A stretch of 63,954 nucleotides of DNA, filler included, from Chiloscyllium plagiosum (taxonomy: Eukaryota), in NCBI RefSeq assembly GCF_004010195.1. It is 5 parts of one record of this genome, joined end to end, with 100 filler letters (N's around TTAATTAATTAA, not from the genome) between each part and the next. Parts side by side here need not be neighbours in the genome. Positions count along the whole stretch, not along the records: positions 1 to 16,231 come from NC_057711.1; positions 16,332 to 23,967 come from NC_057711.1; positions 24,068 to 35,810 come from NC_057711.1; 2 more parts are not named here. One strand, given 5' to 3'. The notes under the pieces are model-generated. The model was given only the letters and a program-made list of their open reading frames with translations, did not search any database and was not told the origin of the DNA. Of this stretch, positions 13,501 through 26,019 are shown piece by piece (within the stretch, counting starts at the first letter, position 1; the number at the start of each line of letters is the position of its first letter). Position numbers and translations under genes: made by a program.

Positions 13501-14095
13501 ATTTCCTGTTTGAAGTCTAGGTGGGCTTCAGCAAGCAGACACCTTTTCATGGTTACATCATTAGTTCCACATACCAAACGGTCTCTCAGAATCTCATGAA
13601 GGGTTAACCTAAATTCGCAGGCTACTGCCAATTGTCTTATCCTAGTCAAAATCCTGACACGGACTCCCCTGGTTCTCAAACTGTTGAGTAAAACTGATAC
13701 CATCTTAGAATTACATGAGGTTTGGGGTCATAATATTCATTAACTATACCTGTCAACTCTTGAAAGATTTTCATATCTGGTGCATCAGGAAAAGTTAGGC
13801 TCCTAATAACTGAAAAAGCTGCAGGTCCACAAGCTGTCAGGTGAATTATTCATTGTTTTTCATCTGCCCCGATGTCACTTGCTCAGAAAAAAATAATGCA
13901 TTATTTCCACATGCTGGACCCAGTCTTTGATGGCAGGATCAAATGACTCAAGCTTTCCAAGTAATGCCATGATGCCAGAAATGTTTAATCCAACTCAAAG
14001 TGAATTTCTTCAGGAGTGTGCTTTTCTCTCGTTGCCACTGAAATAACTTCACAGAGGCAGGTATCTCATCACCACGTCACACTTTATTTACGCAG
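10584..14095 (-). mobile_element. Decayed Gypsy (Ty3) LTR retrotransposon: gag, protease, RT, RNase H; integrase not seen
   Basis: Minus-strand motifs include LRDRLVCG (gag), MELNTG (protease), WAAPVI...LCGNFK, LGLVNYYRKFI and EPSIAYASRT. PBS-like TGGCAACGAG at 14028-14037. LTR homology between 10587-10645 and 14040-14095. The 3' LTR is split by a HER1 insertion. Confidence 0.85.
10650..11552 (+). mobile_element. HER1/CR1 LINE 3' fragment inserted in the Gypsy 3' LTR
   Basis: YINDLDE and GDLIEVYKIM motifs, tail CTATGAGTCTGTGACTCTA; ATGGAA occurs on both sides. Confidence 0.85.
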
Positions 14096-14339
14096 AGAGT
14101 CATAGAGATGTACAGCATGGAAACAAACCCTTCGGTCCAACCAGTCCATGCCGACCAGATATCCCAACCCAATCTAGTCACACCTGCCAGCACCTGGCCC
14201 ATATCTCTCCAAACCCTTCCTATTCATATATCCATCCAAATGCCTCTTAAATGTTGCAATTGTACCAGCCTCCACCATATCCTCTGGCGGCTCATTCCAT
14301 ATACGTACCACCCTCTGCATGAAAAGGTTGCCCCTTAGG

Positions 14340-14560
14340 TTCTCCCCGTGTTTGCGTGGGTTTCCTCCGGGTGCTCCGGTTTCCTCCCACAGTCCAAAGA
14401 TGTGCAGGTCAGGTGAACTGGTCATGTTAAATTGCCCGTAGTGTTAGGTAAGGGGTAAATGTAGGGGTATGGGTGGGTAACGCTTCGGCGGGTCGGTGTG
14501 AACTTGTTGGGCCGTAGGGCCTGTTTCCACATTGTAATGTAATCTAAAATCTAATCTAAT
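14340..14560 (+). mobile_element. HE1 SINE, 5'-truncated, nested in HER1
   Basis: V-domain GGGTTTCCTCCGGGTGCTCCGG and TAATC tail; TTAGGT on both sides. Confidence 0.9.
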
Positions 14561-15555
14561 TTTAGGTCTCTTTTATATCTTTCCCCTTTCACCCTAAAAC
14601 TGTGCTCTCTAGTTTTAGACTCCCCAACCCCAGGGAAAAGACTTTGTCTATTTATCTTATCCATGCCTCTCATAATTTTGTAAACATCTATAAGGTCACA
14701 CCTCAGCCTCCGATGCTCCAGGGAAAACAGCCCCAGCCTATTCAGCCTCTCCCTACAGCTCAAATCCTCCAACCCTGGCAACATCCGTGTAAATCTTTTC
14801 TGAACCCTTTCATGTTTCACAACATCTTTCCGATAGGGAAGGAGACCAGAATTGCATGCAATANNNNNNNNNNNNNNNNNNNNNNNNNNNNNNNNNNNNN
14901 NNNNNNNTCCAACAACTTGTCCACCACCGAGGTCAGGCTCACCGGTCTATAGTTCCCTGGCTTGTCATTACCACCCTTCTTAAACAGTGGCATCATGTTT
15001 GCCAACCTCCAGTCTTCCGGCACCTCACCTGTGACTATCGATGATACAAATATCTCAGCAACAGGCCCAGCAATCACTTCTCTCAGTTCCCACAGAGTTC
15101 TCAGTACACCTGGTCAGGTCCTGGGGATTTAACCACTTTTAACCGTTTCAAGACATCCAGCACTTCCTTCTCTGAAATCTGGACATTTTACAAGATGTCG
15201 CCATCTATTTCCCTACAGTCTATATCTTCCATATCCTTTTCCACAGTAAATACTGATGCAAAATATTCATTTAGTATCTCATGTCCCCGTTTTGCCCTCC
15301 TGATTTCCCTCTGAAGTATACTCCTACTTTCTTTATACTCTTCTAAGGATTCACTCGATCTATCCTGTCTATACCTTACATATGCTTCCTTCTTTTTAAC
15401 CAAAATCCTCAATTTCTTTAGTCATCCAGCATTTCCTGTACCTACCAACCTTCCCTTTCACCCTGACAGGAACATACTTTCTCTGGATTCTTGTTATCTC
15501 ATTTTTGAAGGCTTCCCATTTTCCAGCTGTCCCTTTACCTGCGAACATCTGCCTC

Positions 15556-15653
15556 TCGGTAAAAACAATGACTGCAGATGCTGGAAACCAGATTCTGGAT
15601 TAGTGGTGCTGGAAGAGCACAGCAGTTCAGGCAGCATCCAAGGAGCAGCGAAA
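15556..15653 (-). mobile_element. Single-arm Penelope-terminus fragment replacing ~33 bp of a HER1 LINE
   Basis: Matches the arms of the hairpin elements. The intact HER1 copy shows that the equivalent of 16426-16458 is missing here. Confidence 0.8.
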
Positions 15654-16231
15654 TCAAAATTGGCCTTTCTCCAATTTAGAACTTCAACTTTTAGATCTGG
15701 TCTTTCCTTTTCCATCACTATTTTAAAACAAATAGAATTATGGTCGCTGGCCCCAAAGTGCTCCCCCACTGACACCTCAGTCACCTGCCCTGCCTTATTT
15801 CCCAAGAATACGTCAGGTTTTGCACCTTCTCTAGTATGTACATCCACATACTGAATCAGAAAATTGTCTTGTACACACTTAAAAAAATCCTCTCCATCGA
15901 AACCTTTAACACTATGGCAGTCCCAGTCTATGTTTGGAAAGTTAAAATCCCCGACCATAACTACCCTATTATTCTTACAGATAGCTGAGATCTCCTTACA
16001 AGTTTGTTTCTCAATTTCCCTCTGACTACTGGGGGGTCTATAATACATTCCATTAAGGTAATCATCCCTTTCTTATTTCTCAATTCTACTCAAAAAAACT
16101 TCCCTGGATGTATTTTCAGGAATATCCTCCCTCAGTACAGTTATAATGCTATCCCTTATCAAAAATGCCATTCCCCCTCCTCTCTTGCCTCCCTTTCTAT
16201 CCTTCCTGTAGCATTTGTATCCTGGAACATT

Positions 16232-16331
16232 NNNNNNNNNNNNNNNNNNNNNNNNNNNNNNNNNNNNNNNNNNNNTTAATTAATTAANNNNNNNNNNNNN
16301 NNNNNNNNNNNNNNNNNNNNNNNNNNNNNNN
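16232..16331. other. Assembly gap with artificial linker N44-TTAATTAATTAA-N44 (linker also at 24012, 35855, 44181)
   Basis: An identical 12-mer is centred in four 100-bp gaps and has stops in all six frames. Confidence 0.92.
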
Positions 16332-17029
16332 CCTAACAGGAATATACTTTCTCTGGATTCTTGTTATCTCATTTCTGAAGGCTTCCCATTTTCCAGCCGT
16401 CCCTTTACCTGCGAACATCTGCCTCCAATCAGCTTTCGAAAATACTTGCCTGATACCGTCAAAATTGGCCTTTCTCCAATTTAGATCTTCAACTTTTAGA
16501 TCTGGTCTATCCTTTTCCATCACGATTTTAAAACGAAGCATAAACAATTCTATTCCTTTCTTTTCACATTACACAAAAGAACATATAAAGTGCAATACCA
16601 ATTCTTCGCTGCCCTCTGTGTACTGTTACAACACAGAGATAGACAGCCGAACCAAATCAGCCTTTTTACCTCTGTATTCACAACACAATAAAATTAAAAC
16701 TTTTAAAGACCCTCAAAATTGATCTCAATGGTCCAAATCAGACTTTTTGAAAAAAATAATCCCAGACTCAATGAATATTGATTCTCGACACTGGCTTGTA
16801 GATTAAAAAAGAAGACTTTATAATTTATTACCAATACAATAACTTTAGCAGAGTAAAATTAAATAACAAAGTAATCTAACTGATGTCTGTGCTTAAACGC
16901 AACATCCTTGGTTTTAATTCCTTTTCACAGAAAAGACAAAGAAACACAGTTAAGAGATAAATAAAAAGGGAAAAACTAACCAGAATACTTAAGTGGCTTT
17001 CAGGTGCAATATTTGAGTCATTCAGTCTA

Positions 17030-17585
17030 ACCAGTCCATGCGTCCATGCTGAATGTAATCCCAAACTTAACTCTATCCACCCACCTGCTCCTGGCCCATT
17101 TCCCTTCAAATCTTTCTTATTCATATACTTATCCAAATGTCTTTTAAACTTTGTAATTGTGCCCACAAATTGCCCCTCGTGTCTTTTTTAAAGTTCTCTC
17201 CTTGCACCTTAAAAATGTGTCCCCTAGTCTTGACATTCCCTCATCATATGGAAAAGAGAACATCTGTTAATTCTATCTATATCCCTCATTATTTTATGAA
17301 CTTCTATACAGTCGCCTCCCAATCTCCTACGCTCCAGTGAAAAATGTCCCAGCCTATCCAGCCTTTCTTTACCATCCTGGTAAATCTCTTCTGAACTCTC
17401 TCCAGCTCAATAATACCCTTCCCATAACTGGGTGACCAGAACTGGACATAGTATTCCAGAAGAGGCCTCACCAATGTCCTGTACAACCTCAACATAACTT
17501 CCCAACTCATTTACTCAAAGGACAGAGCAATGATGGCAGGCATGCCAAATGGCTTTTTAACCACCCTGTCTATATGCGATGCATG
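17030..17585 (-). mobile_element. HER1/CR1 LINE 3' fragment
   Basis: LYRTLVRPLLEYYVQFWSP motif. Confidence 0.85.
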
Positions 17586-18954
17586 TTAGTAGGTGAGGAA
17601 TTCCAACAGGGTGATCTGCTTAGCTTTATTGTTGTGGTTACTAATGGAAATTTCTCAGACAATAGTTACCTTGCAAATCATGTAATAAAGTCCATTTTCA
17701 AAAGTAAACAGAAATATTCTTTTTAAATTTAAATTTATAATCTTTTCTGTCTTGTGGACATGGCAATTGTCTATAGAACAACCTTACGTGGGTCTTGCTT
17801 TCTAACTTTCAGATTTACGTGATATTGTCTACTCAGTTTTAGGAAACATGTTATGCTGCATGAAGTGATACAAGGGCAGGCTTGCTCACCTCAGCTTCCA
17901 CTGAAACATTTAATCACCTTCAAATGCTGCCATCTTCCAAGCTAGAACAAGGTGAAGGAAATTTGTGGTTAGGGTATGAGGGAGGTGAGGGCTGCTCTGT
18001 TCTGGTAGATCTATACTCTGTTTAATGCAGTTGCACACTGTTTTGTAGCTAAAGCTTGTTAGCACGAATCTAGATTTTGACAGATTACAAAATAACTTGT
18101 ATATTTAGATAAATATCCTTTCCCTGCAATATTTGGGGATGTTCTGTGGTGGTGAAAAGGCTGTTGAAATGCTGATACCTACTAATTACAGCTGATGTGT
18201 TTGCTCATCTGTTGGTGGAAAATGTCCCAAATGTTTCAGACAACAGATGGGATTTTTTTTTTCAGATTACATGACTGGTAATATTCTTAACTGGCTGAAG
18301 ATAAGAACTCTTCCTGGCTAAGAACACCTCATTATTCCTAATGAGGAATCCTCAGAAATGTCAGCTTTCTCATATTAGTATGAGGTTGTTAGAATACAAC
18401 TTCATTTCCTCTTTGCTATGTTGTTAGCTTGGATAAGTCTAGGGTAAGTGTATCTCAATACAGATAGTAATCCTCAGGGAATACATTCACAACTTCAATG
18501 ATTGGCCCTTTCAGCTACAGCTTGTTTGGATTGGTATTGAATGGGAGAGGGTAGGACAATGAAGTGAACAGTACACATGATTCAAGTTCTAAAAATAGAA
18601 TAATGTCATGGACAGAGGCATTAAAAAAAATGTTTGTTTATTTACACATAAACAAAGTATTAGCTGTACTCCTCCAATGGCACAATTCGATCCAAGCAAT
18701 TGCAAAGTGTTGGGTGTCTATGCAGAATGTCAAATCAAACTTGATTATTACAGACGTGTAATACTTAAACTAAGCATTTATGTACATTTATGGTCTCTGC
18801 TTCATTTGAAAATATCACATTAATGGTTTGAGTTTACTTCTCTACATTCATGTATCACTGCTATGAATCTAAAATGGGCTAGCTGTCATTCCTATCAATA
18901 AATAATTTGCAATCTTCTTTGGCTTCCCTTCTAATGAAGCCTGAGCTCCTGGGA

Positions 18955-19867
18955 GACTGGTGAGCAAGGTCAGATCGCATGGAATACAGGGAGAACTAGC
19001 CATTCGGATACAGAACTGGCTCAAAGATAGTTGAGGGTTGTTTTTCAGACTGGAGGCCTGTCACCATTGGAGTGCCACAAGAATCTCTGCTGGGTCCTTT
19101 ACTTGTTGTCATTTACATAAATGATTTGGATGCAAGCATAAGAGGTACAGTTAGTAAGTTTGCAGATGACACCAAAATTGGAGGTGTAGTGGACAGCGAA
19201 GAGGGTTACCTCAGATTACAACAGGATCTGGACCAGATGGGCCAATGGGTTGAGAAGTAGCAGATGGAGTTTAATTCAGATAAATGTGAGGTGCTGTATT
19301 TTGGGAAAGCAAATCTTAGCAGGACGTATACATTTAATGATAAGGTCACAGGGAGTATTGCTGAACAAAGAGACCTTGGAGTGCAGGTTCATAACTCCTT
19401 GAAAGTGGAGTCACAGGGTGATAGGATAGTGAAGAAGGTGTTTGGTATGCTTTCCTTTATGATAGGATAGTGAAGAAGGTGTTTGGTATGCTTTCCTTTA
19501 TTGGTCAGTGTTGAGTACAGGAGTTGGGAGGTAATGTTGCAACTGTGGGTAAATAGGCAAAGTCTTTTCCCTGGGGTTGGGGAGTCCAGAACTAGAGGGC
19601 ATAGGTTAAGGGTGAGAGGGGAAAGATATAAAAGAGATCTACGGGGTAGCTTTTTCATGCAGAAGGTGGTGCATGTGTAGAGTGAGCTGCCAGGAGAGGT
19701 GTTGGAGGCTGGTACAATGCAACATTTATGAATAGGAAGGGTTTGGAGGGATATGGGCCGGGTGCTGGCAGGTGGGACTAGATTGGGTTGGGACATCTGG
19801 TCGGCATGGACTGGTTGGACCGAAGGGTCTGTTTCCATGCTGTACATCTCTATGATTCTATGACTCT
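18955..19867 (+). mobile_element. HER1/CR1 LINE 3' fragment with internal deletions and a 41-bp tandem duplication
   Basis: FADDTKIGG motif; 19419-19459 = 19460-19500; TCTATGA tail. Confidence 0.9.
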
Positions 19868-20121
19868 ATTTTCCCTTCCAGTTTTTGTTTTTATTTTGGA
19901 CTATACCAATCAGATATTTAATTTGCTAACTTCAAGCTTCCATGCTGAGGCTAGGAAGCACTATCAATCTTTTGTGCCTTTTTAATCCTTTGACAGTAAA
20001 AAACAGACTGTAAAATGTTGGCATGTTAATTCTTAGTCAACATGTTACAGTATTTTAAACTTTGTTCCTAATGTCTTTCAAATTATCCCTTTCCTTCTCA
20101 TTCCTTTGTTCATTTGTTAAG

Positions 20122-20195
20122 ATTATATTATTATATCAATTCTTTATTGGTCTGTCACTGTGAAGTTCTTCACTCAGGATCCTGAAGAGACTTTC
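20122..20195 (+). CDS. Candidate internal exon of an unidentified host gene (YIIISILYWSVTVKFFTQDPEETF)
   Basis: Pyrimidine-rich tract and AG, an open hydrophobic frame, and a GTAAGT donor at 20196. No homolog recognised. Confidence 0.2.
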
Positions 20196-21039
20196 GTAAG
20201 TAGCTTGAAGCTAGATAATGCCATCAGCTTGTATCTGTTTTTATTTTCAGTGATGTTCAGTAGATGAAAGAACCTGAATCTGAATTGTAAAACTGTATTC
20301 AGTCTGATTTACAAAATGAATAATGATTTAAAGCTTGTGGTGGGTGTTAGAGTTACCATAAGAACGGAAGATACATTAAGTATGTATATATTCTCACTTC
20401 AAAGGATTCTTTATTTACCAGTCACCTAAAGATTCCAAAACAGAGTTTATGCCTTCATTGTAACCCAGATAAAGCTTTTGTGAAACCAAGCTTAGTTTTC
20501 TCGAAAGCAGTTGATGAAAAAGACGGATGCAACTTCTCTGCATGAAAATCTCTAAATGATGTTAACTTTTTGAGTGACAAGCTGGTAAACAATTTTATGA
20601 GGCACTGATATTTCAAAATTAGCATTCAGCACAAAATTGGATTCCCATGAAAAGGAACACCTCAGCAATATATTCATTGTTGATATCAGCTGAAGAGTTG
20701 CTTGGAACCAATTACATGACTGCAATGAAATTTTGACTTCCATGTAAGGAGAGAATCTAATATTACACTGCACTCTGACTAACGAAATGAGTGAAATAAT
20801 TGACAAGCTCTTTATAGATAGTTTTATAATTATTCTTAAACAGTCATGCTAAAAATGGCACTTATCCCTATAGGGATGATTTTACCTTTTTGATATTTTA
20901 CATGAGTCTTCATTATAAGAATACAAATAACATTTCAGAAACAACTGTAAATTAGAAAATGGAAGGGAGGGAGGAATTCAAGAAAATTACAACCACCAGG
21001 GAAGTGGTACTGAAAAAATTCAAAGGAAAAATGATACTG

Positions 21040-21137
21040 AAACAAACACAGAAAGTGCAGGAGAAACTCAGTAGGACCAGCAGCATCAGAGAGAAATAGA
21101 GTTAATGTTTTGAGTCCTGTATGACTCTTCTTCAGAA
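21040..21137 (-). mobile_element. Old single-arm Penelope-terminus fragment with hammerhead remnant
   Basis: The minus strand reads CTGAAGA AGAGTC ATACAG GACTC AAAAC. Homologous to the 7856 element. Confidence 0.55.
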
Positions 21138-21949
21138 ATGAAACATTAATACTATTGTGGCCTTAACTATTCTGTCTCGGACCATTTTGTTTCATGATGC
21201 TTCACAATTTCATTTCATGCAGCTGAACTGAATTTTTTGATCTAAGATGAAAAGAAAAATAGTGGACAATGCCACTCAATTTTAAAATTCTTTAATTGTA
21301 CAATGAAGCATGCATTTCTTGTTGGCTTTTGGATGGTCAATTATGAAGAAACTTAAATAGTTTAATCGGTGAGTGCAGCAACTGAAAGCTCAGATATGAT
21401 TATCATTTATTTTGATTATGTATCTTAACTTATGAAAAAGAATAAAATTAAATAAAACCTAGTTCAAGATTGGTCTGATTTTCTACCTCAATCAATAGAG
21501 GTGAGGACTTGATTTATGCTGACTGTTGTGATATCACGTCCTAAAGAAAGTAAAAGACTGGAGCTGAGAAATCAAGTTACATTTGTAAAGCATTATCCCA
21601 TAATACATTATCCCAAGACACTTCCCATAAACAAAATGAAACAAAATATGACTGTGAGCCACATAAGGAAATATTGGGTCAAATGGAGGAGGAGTCAGAA
21701 TATTACAACAAACAGTATTGGGATGAAATCTTGACTGCTTTACATTGCAAGTATAACTAGTGTAGCGGGAGAATGAGCTGTAAAGTAGGGACTCAGGCTC
21801 AGGCTTCAAGACCTCCAGCGAGCAGGAGCACCAGGAAGGGAGATAGCTGCAACCACAAACAGCAGAACAGCAGCAACGTGTGAGATGTCGGACGCTTCAA
21901 CCTTGGGTAGTTGGCAGTGCCAGACAAGGGCACAGGTAGCATGCAACCA

Positions 21950-22310
21950 GAAACAGAAGAGGTTACCCACCAAGAAGGGTCTAGTGTCTGAGGCTCAACT
22001 ATCTTCAAATGTCAGAGCAGCATTGTCACAAATGATTTTTCCTCTCCAGTGTGGAGACCACAGGCCAGTGTGCATTACTGAGTGATAAACTGAACCAAAT
22101 TGGAAATGATGGCCATTCAGTGCCAGTGGTATGAAGAGTTACCATTGACCTAAAGATATTTCAGAGATCCACTAGATTCTTCACTGGTTTATTGTTGCTT
22201 CAGGATGGTCACCAATGCCATTTTAAAGAATGCCATGGTCAAGAAATACATCTACTTCCATACCAATCAGAACGGTGGGGATAGAGGAAACAATGGGTTC
22301 AGGGCCATTC
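21950..22310 (+). pseudogene. Fossil PIF/Harbinger (HARBI1-like) transposase, N-terminal part
   Basis: Manual translation gives RRGYPPRRV*CLRLNYLQMSEQHCHK*FFLS...CALLSDKL...GHSVPVV*RVTIDL...MVTNAI...YIYF, which resembles the Harbinger YLxMSExQCxRRxRLS...HALPVAVKVT pattern. Confidence 0.7.
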
Positions 22311-22970
22311 ATCTCATGGTGCATGATTAGCGACGATCTGATATAACATAGTGGTTTTTATTCTCTGCTCAATTTGGTGCCTCAGAGCTGCAGAGCTTTG
22401 AATAATAAGGATATTGTTCAGCATAGTATCTTTTTCAATAATGAAGAGATGGTGGAAGATGACGACCATGTTTTCCACCCAAGGTTTTAATGACATCTCA
22501 TCATGAGTGATTAGAGACCTATTTGCATGCAATAACATCTCATTATTACTTATTCTTACCTTGTTTATATGCAATTTGCTATTCTCTGACACGGTGGAAA
22601 GAAACTATTTGCTGACAATTATCAACTGACATACTAAAGAACCCCAGGAACTAAAAGCAATGAGAATTGTGCAAGGGAAAGTTGGACATGTTAATATAAG
22701 ACTAATTCAATTGATCTTTGCAAAAAAATTCATGCAATTAAATAAACCCTTAGCTTTTTGTCATTGTTTTTTGTATTCACTTGCACCCACAAAGGCAATG
22801 AACTGTGACATGGCACTACAATCCCCCCAGAGACAGGTGGCTTTGAAAATGTGATAAGAATTTTCCACTAGTTAATGGAAAGTGATTTAAGACAAAAATC
22901 TCAAATTTTAAGACATTCACTGTAACAAACAAATTACAATTGACACAGATGAAACATTATTTCATCAGGT

Positions 22971-23290
22971 GGGCGGCACGGTGGCACAGTGGTTAGCACT
23001 GCTGCCTCACAGCACCAGAGACCCGGGTTCAACTCCTGCCTCAGGCAATTCTCTGTGTGGAGTTTGCACATTTTCCCCGTGTCTGCGTGGGTTTCCTCCG
23101 GGTGCTCCGGTTTCCTCCCACAATCAAAAATGTGCAGGTTAGGTGAATTGGCTATGCTAAATTGTCCATAGTGTTCGGTGAAGGGGTAAATGTAGGAGTA
23201 TGGGTCTGGGTGGTATACGCTTTGGCGGGTCGGTGTGGACTTGTTGGGCCGAAGGGCCTGTTTCCACACTGTAAGTAATCTAATCTAATT
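22971..23290 (+). mobile_element. HE1 SINE, full length
   Basis: A-box TGGCACAGTGG (22982-22992), B-box GGTTCAACTCC (23026-23036), V-domain, HER1-like 3' end and TAATC tail. Confidence 0.95.
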
Positions 23291-23400
23291 ATTTAGCAGG
23301 CAACTAGAGAAAAGTATTTCCCGATTAACTAACTAGCACAGCCAAAAAAACTTATAATCTGATGGTACATCACACCAAGCCCTCAGGATTATAGGGCAGA

Positions 23401-23551
23401 GTCTAAATTAGAGTGGTGCTGGAAAATCACAGCAGTTCAGGCAGCATCCGAGGTGCACCTCAGATGCTGCCTGAACTGCAATACTTTTCCAGCACCACTC
23501 TAATCTAGACTCTGGTTTCCAGCATCTGCAGTCATTGTTTTTACCTACTTT
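23401..23551. mobile_element. Fold-back Penelope-terminus element with 13-bp TSD
   Basis: Palindrome centred on GAGGTGCACCTC (~23451-23462). ATTATAGGGCAGA at 23388-23400 and 23552-23564. Confidence 0.9.
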
Positions 23552-23804
23552 ATTATAGGGCAGAACCTTCTCAGTCTCTGAATGATGTGAACAATGGTAG
23601 GTCAATTGGAGAATTATTGCAATGTGGAAAAAATGATTTCTCAATGTCAACAAAGAAAGCCTTACTTTTCACCCAAGGTTTTAATAACATCTCGTAGTGA
23701 GTGATTCGAGACCTATTTGCATGCAATAAAATATCACTTTTATTTATTCTTACCTTATTTATATGCAACTTATTATTCTCTGACACTGTGGATTATTTGC
23801 TGAT

Positions 23805-24695
23805 AAAGGAAGTAGGAGTATACTTAAGAGGGAAATCAGGAGGGCAAAAAGGGGACATGAGATAGCTTTGGTAAATAGAATTAAGGAGAATCCAAAGGGT
23901 TTTAACAAATATATTAAGGACAAAAGGGTAACTAGGGAGAGAATAGGGCCCCTCAAAGATCAGCAAGNNNNNNNNNNNNNNNNNNNNNNNNNNNNNNNNN
24001 NNNNNNNNNNNTTAATTAATTAANNNNNNNNNNNNNNNNNNNNNNNNNNNNNNNNNNNNNNNNNNNNTTTATTGGTCAGAATATTGAGTACAGGAGTTGG
24101 GAGGTCATGTTGCGGCTGTACAGGACATTGGTTAGGCCACTGTTGGAATATTGCGTGCAATTCTGGTCTCCTTCCCATCTGAAAGATGTTGTGACACCTG
24201 AAAGGGTTCAGAAAAGATTTACAAGAATGTTGCCAGGGTTGGAGGATTTGAGCTATAGGGAGAGGCTGAACAGGCTGGGGCTGTTTTCCCTGGAGCTTTG
24301 GAAGCTGAGGGGTGACCTTATAGAGGTTTACAAAATTATGAGGGGCATGGATAGTATAAATAGGCAAAGTCTTTTCCCTGGGGTCGGGGAGTCCAGAACT
24401 ATAAGGTATGGGTTTAAGGTGAGAGGGGAAAGATATAAAAGAGATCTAAGGGGCAACTTTTTCACACAGAGGGTGGTACAGGTATGGAATGAGCTGCCAG
24501 AGGAAGTGGTGGAGGCTGGTACAATTGCAACATTTAAGAGGCATTTGGATGGGTATACGAATAGGAAGGGTTTGGAGGGATATGGGCTAGGTGCTGGCAG
24601 GTGGGACTAGATTGGGTTGGGATATCTGGTCGGCATGGATGGGTTGGACCATGGATGGGTCTGTTTCCATGCTGTACATCTCTATGACTCTATCT
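23805..24695 (+). mobile_element. HER1/CR1 LINE fragments spanning a gap
   Basis: ORF 24107-24610 is an intact HER1 C-terminus. KREIRRAKRGHEIAL..RIKENPKGF occurs before the gap. Confidence 0.9.
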
Positions 24696-25346
24696 GAACT
24701 CTCTTCACCATCTCAGCCTCCCTAGCCTTTTAGAACTTTGTTTTGAGACACTCTTCATTGACACAAATACCCCATATGGTATAATCCAGGAAGATGACAA
24801 AAAGGAACCCTGAATGCAGCATTCCCTCCATGCGTCTGCCAGTTTACCACTCCTCACAGATTACCAATCACGGTTGAAATACTGAAATAACTCAAGGTCA
24901 AAGCACATGAAAAGTTAGAACATTACGAGGCAATAATATAAGACCAGTAGAAAAGCCCTCATAGCCAAAACACTGGGCATATTTAATAATGGTGTAGTCA
25001 CTCTAAATTAAACAAAACTTACAGAGGAATTTTACTTAGAGGAGAGATAAAATTTACCCATCCTACTTATGTGGTAATTCAACAGCTAGCCTTCACGGTC
25101 CGGCTCAAAATATATAGAGATAGTTGGCAAATGTACCTCAAAATAATTCCAAAACACCCAGGAAAAATAATCAGTTACTGGTGTGGCTAATCAGAGAAAA
25201 ACTATGAATAAATATAATAGAATTGGTGAGAGGGAGTTCCTCCAATCACAGGCTTGTTCCATCCTGTGCTTGCTGCTGATGTGTTCACTGATGAGCAACT
25301 ATAGGCTAAATAAAAAGCTGAACTTCAAAGGTAATAATATCTAGAT

Positions 25347-25655
25347 TAGGAGTGGGGAACCTGCGGCCTTAAGGCCTTCTAGGCCATTGTATGTGGCCTT
25401 TTGAATGAATCCCAATTTTGCAGAACAAATCTTTTATTTTTTGTTAATATGTTTTTATCATCCTTTATTATTTTTATTTTAATCTTAAAATACCAGAAAG
25501 TAAAAGAAAATTCAACGAAATAATCCTCACAGACTGACCGCCACAATTAAAAAATTGCTAAGTCATAAGGGCTATTGGTAAGTCTTGGATGCGGCCTTAT
25601 TAGATTACAACTAACATAATGCGGCTTTTTAACGTGAAAAGGTTCCCCACCTCTG
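25347..25655. mobile_element. hAT-Charlie-type MITE (309 bp)
   Basis: TIRs TAGGAGTGGGGAACCT / AGGTTCCCCACCTCTG. 8-bp TSD ATCTAGAT at 25339-25346 and 25656-25663. Confidence 0.85.
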
Positions 25656-25696
25656 ATCTAGATTATTAGAGTTAGAATTTTTTTTGAGTATTTGAA

Positions 25697-26019
25697 TTAG
25701 AATCCCCACAGTGTGGAAACAGGCCCTTCAGCCCAACTAATCCACACCGACCCGCCAAAGAGTAATCCACCCAGACCCATCCCCTGCCCTATATTTGCCC
25801 CTGACTAATGCACCTAATCTACACATCCCTGAACACTATGGGCTATTTAGCGTGGCCAATTCACCTAATCTGCACATCTTTGAATTGTGGGAGGAAACCA
25901 GAGAACGCAGAGGAAACCCACAGAGACACGAGGAGAATGTGCAAACTCCAGACAGACAGTTGACTGAAGCTGGAATTGTACATGGTAGCAGTGCTAACTA
26001 CTGAGCCACCGTGCTGCCC
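25697..26019 (-). mobile_element. HE1-related SINE (donor of the copy at 26668)
   Basis: The reverse complement starts GGGCAGCACGGTGGCTCAG; HER1-like 3' end. Confidence 0.9.

Larger units (their letters stand above)
14096..16545 (-). mobile_element. HER1/CR1 LINE fragments (3' UTR, RT, APE endonuclease), gapped and partly duplicated
   Basis: YYRPP...VMVGDFNFPNIDW...SDHNSI, EDWRLAN...PGNYRPVSLTSVV and a TCTATGAC tail. 15465-15725 is repeated at 16332-16533 across a gap. Confidence 0.9.
22476..23803 (+). repeat. Diverged ~135-bp direct repeat pair (22476-22615 and 23670-23803)
   Basis: CACCCAAGGTTTTAAT...GAGACCTATTTGCATGCAATAA...TTCTTACCTT...ATTCTCTGACAC occurs twice, 1194 bp apart. Confidence 0.9.

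Noticed and set aside
16276..16287. Repeated palindrome TTAATTAATTAA (also 24012, 35855, 44181)
   Set aside because: Always centred in a 100-bp N gap, so it is a scaffolding linker and not biological.
15465..16533. Duplicated HER1 segment on both sides of a gap
   Set aside because: A high-copy LINE across a scaffold join; separate copies or a mis-join explain it.
22971..23045. tRNA-like A and B boxes
   Set aside because: These are the head of an HE1 SINE, not a tRNA gene; the same applies to the other SINE heads.
23784..23790. RSS heptamer-like CACTGTG near an octamer, suggesting an Ig/TCR locus
   Set aside because: No nonamer at 12 or 23 bp spacing and no V, J (FGxG/WGxG) or C coding segment.
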